NCBI GenBank assembly: GCA_965215165.1 | Contig: CBDCCX010000006.1 | Coordinates: 2,286,959 to 2,350,958 of the forward strand | Reading direction: 5' to 3' | Length of the DNA: 64,000 bases | DNA from: Rhodothermales bacterium | GTDB lineage: Bacteria; Bacteroidota; Rhodothermia; Rhodothermales; JANQRZ01 | Shown: positions 1 through 5,873 of the stretch, in pieces | Numbering within the stretch: the first letter of the stretch is position 1 | Layout: the number at the start of each line of letters is the position of its first letter | Notes under the pieces: model-generated | Seen by the model: the letters and a program-made list of their open reading frames with translations, nothing else | What the model was told of the DNA's origin: nothing | Database searches by the model: none | Translations under genes and position numbers: made by a program

Positions 1-392
1 TCGGAGCCGGTGAGGGCGCAGCCCGAGGCGATGAGGCGGAACGAGGCCGGGCCGTCGGGGGCCGTGCGGAAGCGCCCCACCCGAAGCGTGTCGAGCGCTC
101 CGTCCACCTCGACCGCGTAGCGGTACGGCGTGTCGGGCTCGAGCGCGCCGAGCGTGAACGAGACGGTCCGGCTGTCGGGATCGGCGGGCTGGAAGGCCGA
201 GAAGAACGGCTCGTCGAAGGCGTCGCCGGCGGTGAGCGCGAGGCGGGCGCTGTCGGTGCCCGGCGCGAGGCCCGCCACCACGCGGACCGAGGTCGGCTGA
301 AGCGCGCCCGACCAGACGAACTCGACCGGCGTCTGGGCCGCTAGCGGCGGGGCGAGGAGGACGGCGAGGAGGGCGAGGGGCCGGCAGGTCAT
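1..392 (-). CDS. PhoD-like alkaline phosphatase/phosphodiesterase, N-terminal part (gene runs off the left edge)
   Basis: Own minus-strand translation from the ATG (rc of 390-392): MTCRPLALLAVLLAPPLAAQTPVEFVWSGALQPTSVRVVAGL...LEPDTPYRYAVEVDG...GRFRTAPDGPASFRLIASGCALTGS. Signal peptide plus a PhoD_N-like pattern (TSVxV, LxPxTxYxY, FRTAP). Absent from the ORF track because it has no stop in the window. Confidence 0.55.
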   Translation of the reverse strand, partial: MTCRPLALLAVLLAPPLAAQTPVEFVWSGALQPTSVRVVAGLAPGTDSARLALTAGDAFDEPFFSAFQPADPDSRTVSFTLGALEPDTPYRYAVEVDGALDTLRVGRFRTAPDGPASFRLIASGCALTGS

Positions 393-526
393 GGAGCGAG
401 AGCGCGTGGAGAGAAGTGGCGGGGAAGGTACACGCACCGGATGCGAAGCGCGTGCCGGGAGCGTGTCGGAAAAACGCACCGCCTGCGCGAGCTAGTGCGA
501 CCGCCCTGCGTTTTCCCGAGGTCGCC

Positions 527-805
527 TCACGGCGTGTCGCTGGGCTTCGGCGGGCGGCTGTAGCGGCGGCTCGGGCGGTCACCGGTGGTGCGGCGGACCA
601 TCTCCTCGTAGGCCCGCTGGCTCAGCCACCGCTCGCCGTCGGTGTAGGCGGGCCGGAGGTAGTACGTGCCCAGCCGGTGGAGCGGCGTGCCGTAGACCGC
701 GCAGCGCTCGGTGGCCGGCGTCCCGTCGGAGCGGTGCCACTTGGCGCGCCGCCACGGGCACTCGGCGAGGGCCTCCCAGAAGGCATCGTCGCGGTCGAGG
801 AGCAT
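527..805 (-). CDS. hypothetical protein (92 aa)
   Basis: ORF-track ORF with balanced W/Y/E/D-containing composition (MLLDRDDAFWEALAECPWRRAKWH...YYLRPAYTDGERWLSQRAYEEM), unlike the Arg/Ala-rich overlapping frames. Starts 11 nt after the stop of the preceding minus-strand gene. Confidence 0.5.
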   Translation of the reverse strand: MLLDRDDAFWEALAECPWRRAKWHRSDGTPATERCAVYGTPLHRLGTYYLRPAYTDGERWLSQRAYEEMVRRTTGDRPSRRYSRPPKPSDTP

Positions 806-816
806 AGGGTCTGCGG

Positions 817-1128
817 TCAGCCGACGCGGCGGCCCAGCGTCCGCTCCGCCTCGTCCCCGAACGCGGGGTCGTCCGGATCGTAGAACTCGTCTGGACCGTG
901 AAGCGGCAGCGCGCCGCGCTCGAGCCGCTCGACGCGCGCGGCGAGCGGCTCGTTGGCCTCGCGGACCACCTCGGCCAGCATCGCCTTGACCTCGCCGACC
1001 GTGATGCCCTCGCTAGAGCCGCGTTCGACCTCCAGCCGCTTCCGCTTGTGCTCCATCACGGTCTTGAATATGGTGATCGGCAGAACGAACGCCAGCGAGA
1101 AGACGAGGACGAACTCGAAGAAATCCAT
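817..1128 (-). CDS. small single-pass membrane protein (103 aa), function unknown
   Basis: Internal Met of ORF 817..1680 (rc ATG 1126-1128): MDFFEFVLVFSLAFVLPITIFKTV (one TM helix) followed by a charged helical tail. The upstream part of the ORF is Arg/Glu/Ala junk antisense to 1294..1806. Confidence 0.55.
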   Translation of the reverse strand: MDFFEFVLVFSLAFVLPITIFKTVMEHKRKRLEVERGSSEGITVGEVKAMLAEVVREANEPLAARVERLERGALPLHGPDEFYDPDDPAFGDEAERTLGRRVG

Positions 1129-1293
1129 CGGGCAGCACCGGGTGAGTGTCGGTCGGGCTACGCCGAGGAGCCGGCCGGAGTTGCGGACCGCGCGCCGGGC
1201 CTGTCCCCCGAAAGTAACTTCTCGCAGCCGGCGCGCGGCCTCCTCCCGCGCCGCCGCCCGCTTCCACCACGCCCTCCTGGTCTCTGACGCTCT

Positions 1294-1806
1294 ATGCCCC
1301 GCCTCGTCCTGCTCGCCGCCCTCGCCCTCTTCGCTGCGCCCGCCGCCCTTTCCCAGGGCACCGTCGATCCGCGCTTCGGCGCGGGCTTCGACGCGCTCCT
1401 CTCGGTCGCCAGCGGCAACGTGCTCGACGACGGCTTCGGCCTCGGCGTCCGGGGCCGCGCCTCGTTCCCGATCAACGCCGACTTCTCGGTCGCCGTCGGG
1501 GCCGGGTTCGCGGGCTTCCTGCTCGGCGGGCGCGACGACGCGACGTACCTCTTCAATCCCCAGGTCTCGGGCGTGCTCACGCTGCCGCGCTCGCCGCGGT
1601 GGGCGCGCTACCTGATCGGCGGGGTCGGCGGCTACTTCCCACTCGGCAGCAGCCCGAAGGACGGCGGCCCGGCGCTCCACCTCGGCCTCGGGTGGGTGCG
1701 CCCGCTGAGCGAGACTTCGCTCTACGTCGAGATCGACCCGGCCCTCGTGATCGGCGAGACGCGGACGGCGCTCGTGCTCCCGGCCCGCGTCGGGGTGATC
1801 TTTTGA
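1294..1806 (+). CDS. small outer-membrane beta-barrel protein (170 aa)
   Basis: Signal peptide MPRLVLLAALALFAAPAALSQG, alternating Gly/aromatic beta-strand pattern, C-terminal ...ARVGVIF (terminal Phe typical of OMPs). Confidence 0.65.
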   Translation: MPRLVLLAALALFAAPAALSQGTVDPRFGAGFDALLSVASGNVLDDGFGLGVRGRASFPINADFSVAVGAGFAGFLLGGRDDATYLFNPQVSGVLTLPRSPRWARYLIGGVGGYFPLGSSPKDGGPALHLGLGWVRPLSETSLYVEIDPALVIGETRTALVLPARVGVIF

Positions 1807-1898
1807 GTGACGAGCTGCGAACGTCGAATGACGAGTGGGCAGGGACCCTGCCCCTACGCCTGACGTACACAGACCGCACTGACAGACGTACTACCGCG

Positions 1899-2189
1899 AT
1901 GAAAACGAAGCTGACTCTCCGCCTGGACGACGACGTGATCGACCACGCAAAGACCTACGCCGCGCAGCGTGGCACGAGCGTCTCGGTCCTCGTCGAGAGC
2001 TACTTCCGTCTTCTCGCGTCCTCTGACCCCGGAGGCGACGGCGCTCCCGACAGGACACTGAGGAATCCAGATGGCTGGCGCGACCAGCTCAGCCCGCGCG
2101 TTCGCGAGCTTCTCGGGAGCGCACGCGGGGCAACCCCCGGCGTTACGGAAGACGATTACCGCGCCTACCTCGCAGAGAAGCACCGATGA
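1899..2189 (+). CDS. antitoxin, DUF6364/ribbon-helix-helix-like (96 aa)
   Basis: Internal ATG at 1899 of ORF 1599..2189: MKTKLTLRLDDDVIDHAKTYAAQRGTSVSVLVESYFRLL, the N-terminal signature of DUF6364-type antitoxins paired with PIN toxins. Its stop overlaps the next start (ATGA at 2186-2189). Confidence 0.75.
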   Translation: MKTKLTLRLDDDVIDHAKTYAAQRGTSVSVLVESYFRLLASSDPGGDGAPDRTLRNPDGWRDQLSPRVRELLGSARGATPGVTEDDYRAYLAEKHR

Positions 2190-2631
2190 CGGAGCGCGCC
2201 GGGACGGAGCCTGCCGCCGAGCGCCCACGCATCCTCTTCGACACGAACGTCGTCCTCGACGTACTGCTCGACCGCGAGCCGTGGGTGCGGGAGGCCGCCG
2301 CCCTCTTCGAGGCCGTCGCTGACCGTCGTCTCGTCGGCCTCCTCGCAGGCCATGCCGTGACCACGGTGTACTACGTGTTCCGTGCTGGACGCGATACCGC
2401 TGAGGCCCAGGCCGGTGTGGGCCGCCTGCTTGACCTCTTCGAGGTGGCCCCGGTGGGCCGGAGCTTGCCGGCGCACTCGCCTCCGGCTTCGCCGACTACG
2501 AGGACGGCGTAACGCACGAGGCCGCACGAGCCACGCGGTGCGACGGCATCGTGACGCGCAACGGGAGGGATTTCGCGGCAGCTTCGCTGCCGATCTACGC
2601 CCCCGCCGAACTGCTGGCTGCGCTAGCGTAA
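2186..2631 (+). pseudogene. PIN-domain (VapC-like) toxin, interrupted by a 1-nt frameshift near 2453-2460
   Basis: Frame A (2186..) gives ...RILFDTNVVLDVLLDREPW...LFEVAPVG and then runs into junk with a stop at 2512. The frame starting at 2455 gives GPELAGALASGFADYEDGVTHEAARATRCDGIVTRNGRDFAAASLPIYAPAELLAALA* (stop 2629-2631), which carries the conserved PIN C-terminal motifs (DxED, TRNxRDF). Confidence 0.75.
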
Positions 2632-2648
2632 CGCGGCGAGAGGTCACC

Positions 2649-3971
2649 TCAGATTCCACCGTCCGGCGGTCCCTCCACGTCGTCGCGCCTCACCACTTCC
2701 CCCGCGTCGTCGTCGATGAACCACGCGCCGCGAGCGTTATCCCAAAGGACGTTCCGCTCATATGTGCCGTGCCCACCTCTAATGATCGAAATGCCTTCGC
2801 CGCCATTTCTGTGAATGTGGTTATCCCGCACAACTGGGGCGCCGCCATCTGTCACCGCGAATCCGGTGAGAGCATTACCGAAAATGTCGTTGTTCTCGAA
2901 GGTTCCCCGACCCTTGTCATAGATAAAGACGCCTTCTCTCTTCCCGTCGTGGATGCGGTTGTTTCGTACAACTGGGTCAGCTCCGCACCCAATGGCAACG
3001 CAAGCTAGAACCCCAGTTGCTATGTCACAACCCTCAAGGCGAACCCGCCCCTGTACAATGTGTACGCCAAACCATTTTCCTCCGCTCTCTTGGCGGAGGG
3101 TGAGATTAGTCACCCGTCCCATCGTAGTATCAAATAGAAGGATGCTGCTCCCTTTCGAAGCGACGATGATCTCCTCGCGTGGGCCGTCCCCAATGATCTC
3201 GAGGGGTTTGTCCATCACGATCCCCTCCGCATAGTAACCGGGCCGGACGAGGAGACGAGCACCGGGAGGTACAGCCGCAATTGCTTTAGTCAGCGTCGGG
3301 TAGTCCCCTCGGTGCATGGCGTCCACGACGAACGTAGGCGGCTCGGTGCGAGGCGACGGAGTGTGTTTCTCCAACTGGGGTGACTTGACGACCGCTTGCA
3401 TCCGGTCATTTTGCCCGGCTTTCCAGCGCGGTGACGCTTGCGCGGCTCGGGACCGTGCTTTGGGCAACGCCGCCTTGACCTGCCGCGCCATGCTAGCGAG
3501 TCCCTTCCCCACCTGAGCCGAGGTGAACGGCTCGAAGCGCAGCGGACGCCAGTCGAAGTATTGGCGCTGCACCAGCTCGCGCGCCATCGCGTCGGCCTCA
3601 CGGGCAGCTTCGTCGCTGAACTCGTCGGCCTCGACGTAATAGAGTGGCAGGATCAGGTCGGCCCGGTCCATCGCCTGCTCCCGCTCCCGGAACCGCTCGA
3701 ACTCACTCCGGCACGCGCTGCTCTGGAAAAAGCCTGGAGTGATGATGGGGATGAAAAAGGTGACTGCGTCGATCCCCTCTTCGATCCGGACCTTCCAGTT
3801 GTCCCCCCACGCGATGTCGTTCCGGTCCTGGAAAATGGGAAAGGCGAGACCGGTCTGCATTCGCACCTCGCTTTCGAGGCGCTCCCGGAGCGTGGTCAGA
3901 CGCCCGTTTTCATGCTCATCGTCCAGGCGGACGTAAGACATGAAAGCAGCGGGGCTGGACGAGGGAGGCAT
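2649..3971 (-). CDS. TIR-domain protein fused to a right-handed parallel beta-helix (PbH1/CASH-type) repeat domain (440 aa)
   Basis: N-terminus: FMSYVRLDDEHENGRLTTLRERLESEVRMQTGLAFPIFQDRNDIAWGDNWKVRIEEGIDAVTFFIPIITPGFFQSSACRSEFERF (TIR_2 pattern including the xCxxE glutamate). C-terminus: repeated ...VVRNNRIHDGKREGVFIYD.../...VVRDNHIHRNGGEGISII... beta-helix turns. Hand-counted GC of lines 2761-3180 is about 47-62% against about 75% in neighbouring genes. Confidence 0.85.
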   Translation of the reverse strand: MPPSSSPAAFMSYVRLDDEHENGRLTTLRERLESEVRMQTGLAFPIFQDRNDIAWGDNWKVRIEEGIDAVTFFIPIITPGFFQSSACRSEFERFREREQAMDRADLILPLYYVEADEFSDEAAREADAMARELVQRQYFDWRPLRFEPFTSAQVGKGLASMARQVKAALPKARSRAAQASPRWKAGQNDRMQAVVKSPQLEKHTPSPRTEPPTFVVDAMHRGDYPTLTKAIAAVPPGARLLVRPGYYAEGIVMDKPLEIIGDGPREEIIVASKGSSILLFDTTMGRVTNLTLRQESGGKWFGVHIVQGRVRLEGCDIATGVLACVAIGCGADPVVRNNRIHDGKREGVFIYDKGRGTFENNDIFGNALTGFAVTDGGAPVVRDNHIHRNGGEGISIIRGGHGTYERNVLWDNARGAWFIDDDAGEVVRRDDVEGPPDGGI

Positions 3972-4026
3972 GAGGGCGGCGTAGTAGGGTACCTGAAGAA
4001 TATCGACCTTCCTCCATTACCGCATC

Positions 4027-4620
4027 CTACTTCACCCGGCGAAGGATGGACTGGAGGCGCTCGTGGTCGTCGTCGAGGAGGCGGCTGAGGGCGCGGCCGG
4101 CGGCGAGCAGCGCGGTGGTGCCTTCGTCGCCCGCGCCGTAGGCTTGGTAGAGGCGGCGCAGGAGGGCCACCAAGAGGTCGTCCGTCGGGACGCCCATCTC
4201 CGGGTTGCGGACGAGCGTGCGGAGAAAGTCGAACGGCGCGGCGAGGGCCGAGACCGTCGCGTCGCCGCAGGCGCGGACCATGTCGTGGAGGGCGGCCGGC
4301 CGTGGTGGGAGGGTCTGATGCACCGTCCCCCGCGCGTCCCGGTAGGCCAGCACCTGGGCGCGGAACGTCGTCCGGACGAGCTCCATCACCTGAGGCATCT
4401 CGCGGCGGAGCGTCTGCCGGTCCATCCCAAGCGCGACGGCCCGGCGGCCCGGCTCGACGCTCCCGGCCTCGACGTGCGCCACGACGGCGAAGAGCGTTGT
4501 TCCGTCCTCGACCTCGATCTCGACCCACGCGCCAAAGTCCGGCGGCTCAGCCTCGCGGTGCACCTCGGCCACGATGTGCCGCGTGCTGGACTCGATGACT
4601 TCGGCGATGGGGTCGGGCAT
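4027..4620 (-). CDS. hypothetical protein with HerA-type HAS-barrel-like N-terminus and no ATPase motifs (197 aa)
   Basis: Internal ATG (rc 4618-4620) of ORF 4027..4680: MPDPIAEVIESSTRHIVAEVHRE...FGAWVEIEVEDGTTLFAVVAHVEAGS resembles the small beta-barrel at the N-terminus of HerA. The rest is helical, and no Walker A (GxxGxGKS/T) is present. Lies immediately downstream of the NurA gene. Confidence 0.6.
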   Translation of the reverse strand: MPDPIAEVIESSTRHIVAEVHREAEPPDFGAWVEIEVEDGTTLFAVVAHVEAGSVEPGRRAVALGMDRQTLRREMPQVMELVRTTFRAQVLAYRDARGTVHQTLPPRPAALHDMVRACGDATVSALAAPFDFLRTLVRNPEMGVPTDDLLVALLRRLYQAYGAGDEGTTALLAAGRALSRLLDDDHERLQSILRRVK

Positions 4621-4637
4621 AGGGTTTCTGGCTTTCC

Positions 4638-4695
4638 GTTTCTGGTTTCTAGTTGGGCAGAAGCGACTGGGTGTGCCCAACTAGAAACCAGAAAC
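4638..4695. repeat. perfect 22-bp inverted repeat (hairpin, 14-nt loop) between the NurA and HAS-barrel genes
   Basis: gtttctggtttctagttgggca (4638-59) / tgcccaactagaaaccagaaac (4674-95). Adjacent 4693-4708 aactaggaacgagaaa is the reverse complement of 32726-41. Confidence 0.9.
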
Positions 4696-4712
4696 TAGGA
4701 ACGAGAAACCTA

Positions 4713-5873
4713 TTAAATCCTAGGCGCTCGCTTCGAGGCGGCTTTCTGCGAGCCGGCATAGCCCGTCAGCCCAGCGCGCTGCATCTCGCGCTCGAGGATG
4801 CGGTAGAACATGGCCTTCTCCTGGGCGCGGATCACGGCGCGCTCGTGGGCCTCGGTCAGGATGACGGGGTAGCCGCCGCCCTTCTCGGCCTGGTCGACGA
4901 CGACCGCGTGGATCATATCGAGCCAGCCCGGCTGCTCGGCTACCCACGCCGGCAGCTCGACCCGGCCGACCTCTTCGGGGAGGCGGACGTAAAAGTAGCA
5001 GATGCGGTGGTGCGGCCCGTACTCGCGCTGAATCCGCGAGCCGGACTCGAAGAGGGCCGAGCGCTCGCCAACGACTAGGGTCTGCTCGAACACGAGGCGG
5101 TCCAGCACGCCCTGCACCGAGTCCTCGTCGGGCGTCGCGTCGGTCTCGTTCCGGTGCAGACCGAGGAGGTTGACGAGCTCGGTGTTGCCGGGCATCGAGA
5201 TGTAGGAGCAGACCGGGATGCCTTCGTCGTAGAACCGCTCGAGGATGGCGAGGTAGCGGCCGATCAGCTTGTCTTCGAGCGCGCGGTGGTTCATGCCGCG
5301 CAGCATCCACCGGATCAGCGTGCCGTCGGCCATCGCCAGAATGGGGCGGGCGCTCTGGCGCTCGTGGTAGGCTGTCTCGAAGAGCCAGTGCAGCTCCTGC
5401 TCGTCGCGCAGCGCCGAGACGACCTCGGTCGAGACGTCGAAGAGGGCCTCCTCCCCCCCGTCGGCGTTCAGGTCGTCGAGGTCGCGGCGGCGGAAGCGCA
5501 GCTCCGGCTCGGCGACCATCAGCGGCGGCTCCTCGGTGCCGTAGTGGAACGCGATGCGGCTGACGTTGAGCAGGTAGCACGCCGGCTCGACGTGGCGGTC
5601 GGGGTAGATCTGCGAGCCGTCGGTGGCGACGACCGTCACGAGCGGCGGGCGCGGGCCGCCGGGGCAGCAGCCGTCGGGCCGCTCGCGGAGGCCGGCCATG
5701 AGCGTGCGCGGCCGCTCCCGCGTCACCCGGTCGCGCAGCGCCTCCCACTCGGGCGCGCAGGCGCGGAAGGCGTCGAGCGCGAGGGCGAGCTTGACGTCGC
5801 GGCGCGCGTCTTCGCCGACGCGGTAGGCGCTGAAGTCCGAGAGCTGCGGGTGGAGCCGGTGAAAATCGAGCAA
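4713..5873 (-). CDS. nurA: NurA-domain nuclease (about 386 aa; start uncertain, TTG at 5873 proposed)
   Basis: C-terminal third of ORF 4713..7724: ...LVTVVATDGSQIYPDRHVEPACYLLNVSRIAFHYG...ILAMADGTLIRW...PVCSYISMPGNTELVNLL...GYPVILTEAHERAVI. The D-G-S/D-G-T catalytic motifs and overall pattern match NurA. The remaining 5' part of the ORF is antisense junk over hemW. Confidence 0.8.
   Translation of the reverse strand: MLDFHRLHPQLSDFSAYRVGEDARRDVKLALALDAFRACAPEWEALRDRVTRERPRTLMAGLRERPDGCCPGGPRPPLVTVVATDGSQIYPDRHVEPACYLLNVSRIAFHYGTEEPPLMVAEPELRFRRRDLDDLNADGGEEALFDVSTEVVSALRDEQELHWLFETAYHERQSARPILAMADGTLIRWMLRGMNHRALEDKLIGRYLAILERFYDEGIPVCSYISMPGNTELVNLLGLHRNETDATPDEDSVQGVLDRLVFEQTLVVGERSALFESGSRIQREYGPHHRICYFYVRLPEEVGRVELPAWVAEQPGWLDMIHAVVVDQAEKGGGYPVILTEAHERAVIRAQEKAMFYRILEREMQRAGLTGYAGSQKAASKRAPRI

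Noticed and set aside
817-1128. Calling the 103-aa single-pass protein PspB
   Set aside because: The architecture (N-terminal TM helix + charged helix) is similar to PspB, but the sequence resemblance is vague and no pspA/pspC neighbours are present.
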